A stretch of DNA of 64,000 nt. It comes from Felis catus. Its lineage: Eukaryota. The position numbers were made by a program, and so were the translations under genes. This document shows, piece after piece, positions 10,830 through 23,056 of this stretch. Every line of letters starts with the position of its first letter. Position 1 is the first letter of the stretch. The notes under the pieces are model-generated. The model searched no databases. It was not told where the DNA came from and saw only the letters and a list, made by a program, of their open reading frames with translations. Where the stretch lies: the NCBI RefSeq assembly GCF_018350175.1, contig NC_058368.1, positions 65,846,001 to 65,910,000 of the forward strand, written 5' to 3'.

Positions 10830-11750
10830 AGGAGCAATTTATTCTGCAATCAATTTGCAAGCATCCAAAGTGTAACAAAGTGACAGGTAACATGGACTGC
10901 TCAAAAACAAATCATGCCAAACAAAACTAATTTCCTTCTTTGACAAAGTGACTGACCCTATAGACTGGAAGACCCACTAGACACAGCCCAGTTTGACCTC
11001 TGCACAGTTATCTGTACTATTTCACCTGGAATGGTCATTGACAAGCTTACAAAAAATGGCATAATTGGATAGATATTGGAATAATTGGATAGATATTGAA
11101 TTAATTGGCAAAGTCTTCTTAGAATTGGTGACACTTATATAAAATAGTACAAGAACAAGTTTGTGGTTAATTAGAAGTTTCCCGCAGGTGTGATTGTAAT
11201 TTTCTTGTTTGTTTATTTGTTTTAATGAATGGTTTCCTGAAAAATGTAAAAAAAAAAATGTTCAGAGATTTGAAACAAAGTCAGCTTTGTCGGGGCATCT
11301 TTGCCAAACTCCCTGAATAGAAGATGGAGAATCCAAAATGAGTTTTAACAAATTAGAATTGTGGTCTGTATTAATTAGGAAGGAATTGCTAAATGATTAG
11401 TGCTAAAAAAAATTATGTATATATGTAGATAGATAGATAAAGATATAGATAGATAGATATAGATAGATATAGATAGATATAGATAGATATCTATTATGTA
11501 TCTCCAAGAAAGAAAAAATACTAAATCCCATATATGCAAAATGTGAAAATAAAGGTGCTTTTTACACCTATTTACAACTATTTGCTCTGCCTCTTGGGCT
11601 GTATCTCTGTCCCAGACCATACTTCCTGTTTCAAGGGAAAGATATAGGGCTCATCTGAGCTAACCTTGTCACCAACATAAATCAACAACGTCATTCGATT
11701 ACTGAGAAGGTAGAGTCTTCTTACACATTCAGTGAAAGGGTGTTACTTCT
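10830..11750 (+). mobile_element. Ancient L3/CR1 LINE ORF2 (reverse transcriptase) relic
   Basis: From 10891 it translates HGLLKNKSCQTKLISFFDKVTD (CR1 motif HGFxKxKSCxTNLISFFDKVT). Frameshifted pieces follow in the expected order: VIDKLTKNGI, RIQNE..NKLELWS, NINQQ...EKV. Confidence 0.8.
11417..11492. repeat. (TAGA)/(TATAGA) compound microsatellite
   Basis: Seen directly. Confidence 0.9.
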
Positions 11751-12124
11751 AAGCTTTAGTCACTGAAAGACCATAAATAGAGAGATATGACAATAAAGCT
11801 GCACATAGACCCAAGTATAGAAGGAGGGCAGTTGGTTAACTCAAGAGAAAATGAGGGATATGCCATTTTTTCTGGAATATATTTAATTTCCATTAAATTA
11901 TATTTTTGATCAAGGATATCACACAACAACTAAGGTATCTCATCCATTTTTGCCACTAGATACATTTTTCAGCCATTCTCAATAAAAATACTTCATAAGA
12001 CCTCATTGAGCTGCTGTGATGAGAAAAATAATGTTCATCTCTTACATACCAAGATGTATTTTAAATGGATGATAATGATCATGGATATTATTAGTAAGGT
12101 GTTTTCATTTTTGGAAAGTCCTAA

Positions 12125-12260
12125 AAATAGCTGACAGTTATAAAGCTTACTATGGCTGCATACTCTCCTAAGTAATTACTTTGCATATATCATGTGATCT
12201 TCAAAACATCCTATGAGGAAGGTACTATTATTATGCCATTTTCCAGATGAATCATGAAGG
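12125..12260 (-). mobile_element. MIR fragment
   Basis: atcttcaaaacatcctatgaggaaggtactattattatgccattttccagatga. Confidence 0.7.
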
Positions 12261-14119
12261 GTACCCGGCATATGCCTACATTCTCAATTTCTGGTGAAAC
12301 CGAGAGAACTTTGATTCCCAGTAATTGTCATCAGTGTGCCTTTCCAATTATGTCATGATGTATATCCAGCCTAACTTAATGGTTTCTCTGTTTCAGTACA
12401 AGATAGCAATGGTAACATCATCAATTTTGTATTACTAAATAAATGAAAAACTATGCAATGATCGTTTAAGAAATTTTTAAAGTACACAACATCTTTAAAA
12501 TAATCTAACATTCTCTAATTTTGCATAGCCTCTGTGGAGAAGGCAGTTCCAGATTTATTTTTAATAAGAATTTGTGTGAAATGTTCTTTAGTAGCATTAT
12601 TGGAATAGAAGAGCAAAACAGCCTAGCTAAATATGTTATTTTAAATATACAATTGATTATAATTGTTTCATTTCAAAAGCCTTATTTAATTAGTAAGTCA
12701 CAGCAAGAATAATTATGATTGATTTAAAAATACCTCAAGGAAAATGGTTGTGTATGATACTTAAAATACTAGTAACCACAGAGTTATTGTTTAATGAACA
12801 TGTAGATTTTTAAGAATTTTTTTAATAATTTAAATATATATGTAAAAATTTAGCTTTCTTACTTTATAAAAGTTTATCTGTAAAACTTTTTTTAAATGAA
12901 CAAAACTGTCATACTAGATTGAAAAATATGTAATTATTTAAGAATCAAAATGAATTATAAAAGTGATGACACACATATGTATCATCAGAGTCATGTACAG
13001 TGGTATAAAATTATCAATGTTATTTAAATATAAATACTTTAGCTGCCACAATAATTTGCTGATGTTATCCTTACAAGTGAGTAATACATTTTAGGAGTAT
13101 CTTAACATAAAACTGCTCTTGGGTTCCCTTTCTCATTTTCTCGTTAGGAATAACTATGGGTTTGTCTGAGGTATGGCAGAGGTAATTTTAAATAATGAGA
13201 AAATAGTGGACAGGAGAAAAACTTGAAGCCTTTTCTAAGGTTTGCTCATTGCTTTTCAAGGAAGAGATTTTCGTCCTGGTCTTTTTCTTCATGTGTATGG
13301 AGTTCTTATTCTTGATTTATTTCCTTGATTAATATTCCTTGGCTTTTATTTCTAAGAAAATGTTTAACAGACACCTACATAATATTCAAAAAGCACCGTA
13401 TGTTTAACTCTTGATTTTGATTTCTGTGAGGCTTTTATTTGAAATGGAAAACTGTATAATCTTTAGTAATTTACCCTTGAGGATCGCAATACCGGCAGTT
13501 ATATTAAGTCATTGGTATTGTCAACATGGATACTCTTAGTTTATCTTTTTAGTATATTGGGTATAATGTAAGCAAATTAGAATTATGGGCCAATACAGTT
13601 TTCGTCACATGCACTAAAATAATGTTATTCTCAACTTTCTCTGTTTCTACTTCAGAAGTGACTTTTGGGGCCCCCTTAATTTGACATATTTGGCGCACTG
13701 AATGAGAACCTAGCTTGGAAAGGCACAGAAACTACATTGGCAAATGATCCGCCAAGTGACCCATGAACAAAAGCGAGATTGGGTTGCCCTTTGAAATAAA
13801 CCTATTTGAATTTTATTATCTCTAGAGCACCTTGTGTCTCTAATCTTGTGAAAGGTTAGTATTCCATCCATCAGAGCAAGATTACAGTGTTGGTTGATGT
13901 CTGCTCTTGGTGATAACTGAATGCAGCAGTTGGAACTGGAGGAACAGATTCATTACCATCAGCAGTTCAAAATGAAACGGGGAAATGGCATGGAGGGAGT
14001 CGCATTTACAACATAAGCCACATATTCCTAGGTCAGGATATTTAAAACCAAACGAAACCAAACACAAAGGACTGCTATGTTGGAGAAGCTTTGCAGAGCC
14101 CCTTAAGACTGCAAAAAGA

Positions 14120-14328
14120 AGGAGTGCCTGGGTGGCTCAGTGGGTTAAGCTTCCAGCTTCAGCATAAGTCATGATCTTGCAACTCATGAGTTCGAGCCCC
14201 ATGTCTGGCTCTGCACTGACAGCTCTGAGCCTGGAGCCTGCTTTGGATTCTGTGTCTCCCTCTCTCTGCCCCTCCCCTGCTTGAGCTCTCTCTGTCTCAA
14301 GAATAAATAAACATAAAAAAAAAAAAAA
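14120..14328 (+). mobile_element. CanSINE
   Basis: Typical head, body and A tail; degenerate TSD a(a/g)gactg..aaaa. Confidence 0.92.
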
Positions 14329-14537
14329 GGACTGTGAAAACCATAGCCATTTTAAGAGTATGCTTTATAGAAATTACCAATTTCTAATATGTAGATAGAT
14401 ACCTTCTTGAAAACCATTGCTAACTACTTTGGGGAAGATTTTATGACATACATGAGAATAAAAATAAGGATGATATCATACCACTATGTAACATATGGCT
14501 AAAAACAGCAAACACATGTTATAAAACATCCAATATT

Positions 14538-14760
14538 GGGGCGCCTGGGTGGCGCAGTCGGTTAAGCGTCCAACTTCAGCCAGGTCACGATCTCGCTGTC
14601 TGTGAGTTCGAGCCCCGCGTCAGGCTCTGGACTGATGGCTCAGAGCCTGGAGCCTGTTTCCGATTCTGTGTCTCCCTCTCTCTCTGCCCCTCCCCCGTTC
14701 ATGCTCTGTCTCTCTCTGTCCCAAAAATAAATAAATGTTGAAAAAAAAATAAAAAAAAAA
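14538..14760 (+). mobile_element. Young felid SINEC_Fc
   Basis: ggggcgcctgggtggcgcagtcggttaagcgtcc...cagccaggtcacgatctc; TSD ...atccaata. Confidence 0.95.
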
Positions 14761-15656
14761 ATCCAATAAAGTCTAAAATAATAAATTTGTGGTATGAATA
14801 AAAATTTTTAAAGATTACTCTTTAATCTTGAGTAATCTGAGAATAACTGAATATCTTACATATGACCTGTATTTATCAGAAGCGGAAATGTAAATAGTAT
14901 GAAAGTAACTTGTAAAATTAAAAAAACACAAATGAATCAAAATAAGCATGTTCCTTATCTAGGATTTAATTTTATTTGAACACTATGAAAAATAAGATGC
15001 ATATATTCACCATTGGACAATTTCACAAAAGACATTGGCACTTAGTAATTGATACTTTATGATATCTTTAATAATGATTGTTTTCGTTTGTGCATTTCAA
15101 CTGATTGATGTTATAAAAATAAAATGGCTATGATATAGCATGAGATTAATGAATTCAAAATTGTTTCTTTAAGAAGAATTGGATAAATGACAGGCAAAGT
15201 AAACTAATCAATGCTAAGCAAATTTAAATCAATGTTAATTAATTCATTTGCATTTATACCTTATACAATGATATTATGTCTTATTATATACCTATACTGG
15301 GATATCTATTATTTATTTATTCATCAAAGTGTTTAATTACCTTTGAATTAAACATCTGTGATGCAAAGTGGGGCTGATGTTTATCCCCTTTCAACAAATT
15401 TAAGGGATAAAATGATTCCTAAGACATGATTTGGGGAGGCAATGCACCACTACGTCTTATCCAACAAACTCAAGCATGTGATGGTGACAGAAGTGACTAG
15501 AAGGTATCATAATTTCCTTTACTTTTTTTGTTGTCAAATGTTTGTAAAAACATTCTTATATTTACAAAATTTATCATTCTGTGCTTCATCAAACATCACA
15601 AAAAACTGTAGAGAAAAGTGACTTAAAATTCATAATCAATGGAAACTACAATTGCC

Positions 15657-15713
15657 CTTCCTTCCTTCCTTCCTTCCTTCCTTTCTTTCTTTCGCTTTTT
15701 TTTTTTTTTTTTT
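15657..15713. repeat. (CCTT)n/(CTTT)n plus poly-T
   Basis: Seen directly. Confidence 0.85.
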
Positions 15714-16230
15714 GAGTTTGGGCTGATATTTGTGATAATGAACAATAGACATGTATTGTCTACTGATTACATCAATTTAAGAAAACCTTTTACTGTCTAG
15801 AAATAAATAGAAACTATCTATAATTTAAAAAGTATTCGTGTGAATACCAAAAATGTTATTATCAGTGAATAAATACCTAACTTTATGGGGACCATTATTT
15901 TACCCCCAGCATGCTGTGCCTGAGAGACTACTTCTCTCTCTCTTAATTAATTAATGTCTGCTTACTGATTACCATGAATTCACTAGATGTAGAGTCAGGA
16001 GACTCAAATTCTATCCCTGCTACATTGCTGATCAATTTTGTGATTTTGAGTAAATTTCTTGTTTATTTTCTGTCCTCTCCATGCTTTTCTTCTTTGTCTT
16101 AATTCTTAGACTTCCTTTTGTAGGTTTATTAGATAAACTAATTTCATTCTATATTTTTATTTTTATTTTTTTGGTCTCTATTTTTAAATAGGTATTTTCC
16201 CCCATCAGCAAGCAACATTTTTGTCTTAAA

Positions 16231-16439
16231 TTTTTTTATGTTTATTTATTTTTGAGAGACAGAGAGACAGAGCGTGAGTAGGGGAGGGGCAGAGAGAGAA
16301 GGAGACACAGAATCCGAAGCAAGCTCCAGGCTCTGAGCTGTCAGCAGAGAGCCCGACGCAGGGCTCAAACTCACAAACTGTGAGATCATGACCTGAGCCT
16401 AAGTCGGACGCCTAACTGACTGAGCCACCCAGGTGCCCC
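16231..16439 (-). mobile_element. CanSINE
   Basis: Reverse-complement CanSINE; TSD cat(t/a)tttgtctt. Confidence 0.93.
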
Positions 16440-16468
16440 ATCATATTTGTCTTTAAAAGATTTTTTTA

Positions 16469-16680
16469 GGGGTGCCTCGGTGGCTCAGTCAGTTAAGCAT
16501 CTGACTCTTAATTTTGGCTCAGGTCATGATCTCACACTCCTAAGAGTAAGCCCCACATGGGACTCAGTGCTGAGCATAGAGACTATTTACCCTTTTTCTC
16601 TCTGCCCCAGCCCTAGCCACATGAATGCATGTGTGCTCTCACTCTCTCTCTCATAAAAAAATTATAAAAAAATTTTTAAA
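16469..16680 (+). mobile_element. Older CanSINE
   Basis: ggggtgcctcggtggctcagtcagttaagcatctgactct...(ct)n followed by an A tail. Confidence 0.88.
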
Positions 16681-16699
16681 TAAGATATATTTATGTTAA

Positions 16700-16940
16700 A
16701 ATAGTATCTATTGTTTTTCCAATTATGAAAGTAATTTATAGAAACTATAGAAAAGTAAGCAGTGTACAGAGAATAAAATACAAGTAAACCATAACATTTG
16801 ACCCATTATAAACCATTTTATATATATATGTTCTTATTTTTCTCAATGTGTATATACTTTTTTTCTTCCAAAATTGGTATTGTACTGTATATGTATTTTT
16901 GGATCATTTTCTGACTTAGCATTTTCTGTCATCATGTCTT
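16700..16940 (-). mobile_element. Old L1 (L1ME-like) 3' UTR fragment
   Basis: ttatgaaagtaat...gtacagagaataaa...aaattggtattgtactgtatatg resembles L1ME 3' ends. Confidence 0.45.
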
Positions 16941-17014
16941 ATATTGAAAGTAGATTTACTGGGAATCTGGTCAAGTTTACATTTTAAGACTCTTCACTTT
17001 AATAGACCTTTTCT

Positions 17015-17218
17015 GGGGCACCTGGTTGGCTCAGTCAGTTAAGCATCTGACTTCTACTCAGGTCATGATCTCACAGCCTGTGAGTTCGAGCCCAGCGTTG
17101 GGCTCTGTGCTGACAGCTCACAGCCTGGAGCCTGCTTTGGATGCTGTGTCTCCCTCTCTCTCTGGCCCTCCCCCGTTCACACTCTGTCTCTCAAAAATAA
17201 ATAAACATTAAAAAAACA
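17015..17218 (+). mobile_element. CanSINE
   Basis: Perfect 16-bp TSD tttaatagaccttttc at 16998-17013 and 17219-17234. Confidence 0.95.
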
Positions 17219-17314
17219 TTTAATAGACCTTTTCAAAGTCCTACTTTTGTAATATAGATGTTAAAGAGTTTATCTCTAGAAGGTATAAGCTTCACTCCTC
17301 ATAGGATCTATAGG

Positions 17315-17540
17315 TATTGTTCCTGAAGCCAGACGGCTTGGGTTTGAAATCTTAGCTCCATTGCCTGTTAGCTAGGTACCTTGCAAGCTACCTAACTTTT
17401 CTGCCCCTATGTTTCCCCAAATGCAAAATCCAGATGATAATAATCACGATCTTGTAAGGTTGTTGATGAGATTAAATTGGCTAACATACGGGAATTCCTT
17501 GGACTAGTAGCTAACTCACACTTAGTGTTTGGTGTTAGCT
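17315..17540 (+). mobile_element. Near-full-length MIR
   Basis: agccagacggcttgggtttgaaatcttagctcc...aaggttgttgatgagattaaa. Confidence 0.75.
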
Positions 17541-17570
17541 TTTAAATGTTTTTATAAAAAAAATAATTTT

Positions 17571-17786
17571 GGGGCGCCTGGGTGGCGCAGTCGGTTAAGC
17601 GTCCGACTTCAGCCAGGTCACGATCTCGCGGTCCGTGAGTTCGAGCCCTGCGTCAGGCTCTGGGCTGATGGCTCAGAGCCTGGAGCCTGTTTCAGATTCT
17701 GTGTCTCCCTCTCTCTCTGCCCCTCCCCCGTTCATGCTCTGTCTCTCTCTGTCCCAAAAATAAATAAATGTTGAAAAAAAATTTAA
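17571..17786 (+). mobile_element. Young felid SINEC_Fc
   Basis: Near-consensus and CpG-rich; TSD aaaaaaataatttt. Confidence 0.95.
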
Positions 17787-17816
17787 AAAAAAAATAATTT
17801 TAACAAAATATTTTAT

Positions 17817-18001
17817 TTTGTTAAGTATATTTATTTATTTTGAGAGAGAGGTGAGGAGGGGAAGAGGGAATCCCAAGCAGGCTCCTCATTGTCTGCCCAG
17901 AGCCTAATGTAGTACTTGAACTCCCAAATTGTGAGATCAGGACCTGATCTAATGAAACCAAGAATCACATGTTTAACTGGACTGAGTCACCCAGGCACCC
18001 C
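17817..18001 (-). mobile_element. Older CanSINE
   Basis: Reverse-complement CanSINE; TSD taaca(a/ta)aatattttat. Confidence 0.88.
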
Positions 18002-18484
18002 TATAACATAATATTTTATAGTGTAAATATATCCTTCTTTGGGGCAGAGATTTATAAATTTATAAATTTTTTCCCTTTCTGCTAATATAAATAATAAGAG
18101 GAATACTTTTGTACACAAATCTTTGACTTTACCTTTGGAGCTGAAGCATCCCGCATTTCCCTTTTTCTTCAAAAAAATAAATTACTTCAGTAATAGATAA
18201 CAAAATAATTAAGATTCTTCTTGTACAAAATAGAGGTAGCTAAAGACAACTCAAAAAACAAAGGTGGCGTATACCTGAATATATTAATACATTATTATCA
18301 TGTTTATTTTTTTTTAAACTTACACTTGGTACTGACTTTTGCTTTCGTGTTAATGCAGGTATCTCTTGAGTATAGTAAACTTGTTATCCCAGGTCTTTTC
18401 ATATCTTTTCAGCATTGCAGGTTTTTGATGGGCGCAAAAGGATATAACTTAGCAATTTAACATTAAATTAGGCTGTAATACTTT

Positions 18485-21400
18485 TTTTTAACTTGTTTTA
18501 TTTTTTTATTTTTTTTAAATTTACATCCAAATTAGTTAACATATAGTGCAACAATGATTTCAGGAGTAGATTCCTTAGTGCCCCTGACCCATTTAGCCCA
18601 TCCCCCCTCCCATAATCCCTCCCATAACCCTCAGTTTGTTCTCAGTATTTATGAATCTCTTCTGTTTTGTCCGCCCTCCCTGGTTTTATATTATTTTTGT
18701 TTCCCTTCCCTTATGTTCATCTGTTTTGTCTCTTAAAGTCCTCATATGAGTGAAGTCATATGATTTTTGTCTGTCTCTGACTAATTTCACTTAGCATAAT
18801 ACCCTCCAGTTCCATCCACGTAGTTGCAAATGGCAAGATATTCTTTTTGATTGCTGAGTCATACTCCATTTTGTGTGTGTGTGTGTGTGTATATATATAT
18901 ACATACATATATACATACCACCAGATATATATACACATATATGCATACCACATCTTCTTTATTCATTCATCCATCGATGGGCATTGGGCTCTTTCCATAC
19001 TTGGGCTATTGTTGATAGTGCCACTATAAACATGGGGGGTGCATGTGTTCCTTCGAAACAGCACACCTGTATCCCTTGGATAAATGCCTAGGGTAGTTCT
19101 ATTTTTAGTTTTTTGGGAACCTCCATACTGTTTTCCAGAGTGGCTGCACCAGCTTGCATTCCCACCAACAATGCAAAAGAACTCCTCTTTCTTCGCATCC
19201 TCGCCAACATCTGTTGTTGCCTGAGTTGTTAATGTTAGCCATTCTGACAGGTGTGAGGTGGTATCTCAGTGTGGATTTGATTTGTATTTCCCTGGTGATG
19301 AGTGATGTTGAGAATTTTTTCATGTGTCACTTGGCCATCTGGATGTCTTCTTTGGAGAAGTGTCTCTTCATGTCTTTTGCCCATTTTTTCACTGGATGGT
19401 TTGTTTTTTGGGTATTGAGTTTGATAAGTTCTTTATAGACTTTGGATACTAACCCTTTATCTGATATGTCGTTTGCAAATATCTTCTCCCATTCTGTCGG
19501 TTGCCTTTTAGTTTTGCTGATTGTTTCCTTTGCTGTGCAGAAGCTTTTTATCTTGATGAGGTCTCAGTAATTCATTTTTACTTTTGTTTCCCTTGCCTCT
19601 GGAGACGTGTTGAGTTAAAAGAAGTTGCTGTGGCCAAGATCAAAGAGGTTTTTGCCTGCTTTCTCCTCTAGGGTTTTGGTGGCTTCCTGTCTTACATTGA
19701 GGTCTTTCATCCATTTTAAGTTTATTTTTGTGTATGGTGTAAGAAAGTGGTCCAGATTCATTCTTCTGTATGTCGCTTTCCAGTTTTCCCAGCACCACTT
19801 GCTGAAGACCCTGTCTTTATTCCGTTGGATATTCTTTCCTGCTTTGTCAAAGATTAGTTGGCCATATGTTTGTGGGTCCATTTCTGGGTTCTGTATTCTG
19901 TTCCATTGATCTGAGTGTCTGTTTTTATACCCGTACCATACTGTCTTGATGATTACAGCTTTGTAATACATCTTGAAGTCCAGGATTGTGATGCCTCCTG
20001 TTTTGGTTTTCTTTTTCAAGATCGCTTTGGCTATTCGGGGTCTTTTCTGGTTCCATACAAATTTTAGGATTATTTGTTCTAGCTCTGCGAAGAATGCTGG
20101 TGTTATTTTTTAGGGATTGCATTGAATAAGTAGATTGCTTTGGGTAGTATCGACATTTTCACAATATTTGTTCTTCCCATCCAGGAGCATGTAATCTTTT
20201 TCCACTTTTTTGTGTCTTCTTCAATTTTTTTCATCAGCTTTCTATAGTTTTCAGTGTATAGATTTTTCACCTCTTTGGTTAGATTTATTCCTAGGTATTT
20301 TATGGGGTTTTTTGTGCAACTGTAAATGAGACCAATTCCTTGATTTCTCTTTCTGTCACTTCATTGTTGGTGTATAGGAATGCAACTGATTTCTGTGTGT
20401 TCATTTTATATCCTGCAACTTTGCTGAATTCATGAATCAATTCGAGCAGTTTTTTGGTGGAATCTTTTGGGTTTTCCATATAGAGTATCATGTCATCTGC
20501 GAAGAGTAAAAGTGTGACCTCCTCCTGGCCAATTTGGATGCCTTTTCTTTGTGTTGTCTTATTGCAGAGGCTAAGACGTCCAATACTATGCTGAATAACA
20601 GTGGCAAGAGTGGACATCCCTGTCTTATTCCTGACCTTAGGGGGAAAGCTGTCAGTTTTTCCCCGTTGGGGATGATATTAGTGTGGGGCCATTCATATAT
20701 GGCTTTTATGATCTCGAGGTATGCTCCTTCTATCCCTACCTTCCTGAGGGTTTCTGTCAAGAAAGGATGCTGTATTTTGTCAAATGCTTTCTCTGCATCT
20801 ATTGAGAGGGTCCTTTTTTTTATGGATGTGATAAATCACGCTAATTGTTTTGTCATTTTGAAGGGAGAAAAGGAATTAATGAGGTAGAAAAATTAAAATA
20901 AAATTAAAATTTAAAAATATTAAAATTAAAAAATTAAACACACACACACAAAAATCTAATAAATGATGCTAGATCCTAGGTGTGTTTTGGTCTGGGTGTT
21001 GAACGTGGTTTGACAGATTAGAGGAGAAAAAAGCTGGGGGCAGGGGGGAGAAAAAAGGAAATTGAGAAGTTGAAAAAATGAATACACTGAAGTAGACTAA
21101 AATGAGATGATGGGAGTAAAATACAATTTGAAAAATATACACAAAAGTAAAGAATACAGTAGAAAAAATTAAAGAAAAATATTTTTAATAAAAATTAAAA
21201 ATAAAAATGAATTTTTTATTTTTTGTATTCAAGAAAAAGAAACGTAAAAGAAAAAAGCAAAAAAAGAATAAAAAGGAAATTGTTTGAAAATTTGAAAAAG
21301 TGAATACACTGTAGTAGACTAAAATAAAATGATGGAAGTAAAATAGAATTTGAAAAAATTACATAAAAGCAAAAAATGTAGTAAAAAAAATTAAAGAAAA

Positions 21401-23024
21401 ATATTTTTAATAGAAATTGAAAGTGAAAATGAAGTTTTTCTCTTTCTGCATTCACAAAAAAGAAAAGAAATGAAAAAGAGAGAAAAGAAAAAGAAAAAAC
21501 AAGGAAGTTTAAAAATTTGAAAAAGTGAATACTCTGAAGTAGACTAAAATAAAATGATGGAAGTAAGATAGAATTTGAAAAAAAAAATTACACAAAATAC
21601 AAAATATAGTAAAAAAATAATGAAAAATATTTTTAATAAAAATTGCAAATAAATATGAATTTTTTTCTCTTTCTGTATTCAAGAAAAAGAAAAGTAGTGT
21701 AAAAGAGAGAGAAAAAAAAGAAAATTGAATAGATGGACCTACTAACAGATTGAAATAGAACTGAAATCACTTACTTTTCCCCTAGATGTCAGACCATGCA
21801 GCACTTTATAGTCCATAAATCAAGCAGGTGGTGAGACTTGTGTTCTTGAAGAGCGAGGTTGGCCTAGTTGGGCGGGGCTCAGAGCAATGGCTCCATTCTC
21901 TACTAGATGGCACTGCTAGCCCCCTGGGGTGGATTGTTGCGGCACTCGTAGGTGCTTATGCATGGGAGCGGTGAAAATGGTGTCACCCAGCCAGCCTGTC
22001 TCCAGCACTGGAAGGAAATCTGTATTCCCCGATCATCAATCTTGCACCCATCCTGTCTTCAGCCTTCATCCGCTCCCCACTTCTTCACTGTCCGTGACCA
22101 AGCCCCAGGCAGTACCTCTCTCCCGAGTTTTCTCTCAGATGCGGCTGTTTTCCCTGGCCCCTTACTTCTGAAGGACTGTGGCTCTGACCCGTTACACCTC
22201 TCTGAGGGAGTGTCTCACTGAGCAATGGCCAAACAATGGCTGAATGTCAGCCGCACCCAGGAATGCCTGCTGGACCCTGCTGCTGCTGGAACCCCGAGAC
22301 TGCAGCCAGGCACCAGCCCACCCCAGAAAAAGTCCATGAGACAGTGTAGCAGCAGCGTTTCAGAGATTATGGAAAATCACAACACACATCTGGCACCAGG
22401 CTTTACCCTTAAGGACCTTGTTCCAGCACCAGCAAATGTGGCTGCCTTCCAGGGTCTGCTGAGACCAGGTGGCTTCAACAGTCTCCACCAAATGTCCTTC
22501 CAGCAGTGGAATTGCTTTTCCCTGTGTGGCCCGAGAACCTCCCGGACCCCACTCTGCTCCTGGGGATTCGCCCTTCCCACCAGAGCACCACCAGGTATTG
22601 AGCTGCGGAGTTGCAGACTTTGCGCCCCCCCCTTGTTTACAGTCTTAATGGAATTTAAACCCTCTCCTTTCTCCCTTTTTAGTTCAGTCCCTGTGGCTGT
22701 TTCCAATTTTCCACTTTCTCTCCAGCTGCTTTTGGGGAGGGGTGCTTTTCCTGTATTCTCTGCCCACCTCCCCCCAGTCTTAGTCCTTTCTCCTCCTGCA
22801 AAAGTGGCTCCCTGCCCGCCTCCGGCTTCTCTCTCCCCAAGTTCACCTCTCCAGGCCACGTACCTGCTGAATTCTGTGGTTCAGGTTGTGCAGATTGTTG
22901 TGTTAATCCTCCGATCAGTTTACTAGGTGTGTAGGATGGTTCAGTGTTGATCTGGATGTACTTCATGGACACGAGAAACACAAAAAACTTCCATGCTGTT
23001 CCACTGTCTTGGCTCCCCACCAAT
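18485..23024 (-). mobile_element. Felid L1 with full 5' UTR and 3' end but lacking ORF1 and the 5' part of ORF2
   Basis: Poly-T tail at 18482+. Disrupted ORF2 pieces with [24 protein letters not shown] and CWRGC..HCWWEC motifs (about 18750-20850). T-rich repeat and GC-rich 5' UTR beginning (minus strand) ggggagccaaga. TSD gct(g/a)taatacttt at 18472-18484 and 23025-23037. Confidence 0.92.
21060..21730. repeat. Three ~222-225-bp A-rich tandem units inside the L1 5' UTR
   Basis: Anchor gtagactaaaat recurs at 21092, 21314 and 21539. Confidence 0.88.
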
Positions 23025-23056
23025 GCTATAATACTTTCATTAAAAACTTTATATCT

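Noticed and set aside
11061..11100. 20-bp tandem duplication ataattggatagatattg(g/a)a
   Set aside because: Ordinary slippage duplication inside the L3 relic.
14538..14620. tRNA-like A/B boxes (tggcgcagtcgg, gagttcgagccc) as tRNA genes
   Set aside because: They are heads of tRNA-derived CanSINEs, followed by the SINE body, (CT)n, A tail and TSD.
18756..20887. Several ORFs with RT and Cys-rich motifs as a functional gene
   Set aside because: They are frameshifted, stop-interrupted L1 ORF2 fragments with no endonuclease or ORF1.
21060..21730. Regularly spaced repeats as a CRISPR-like array
   Set aside because: Whole units are homologous with no unique spacers, and the context is a mammalian L1 UTR.
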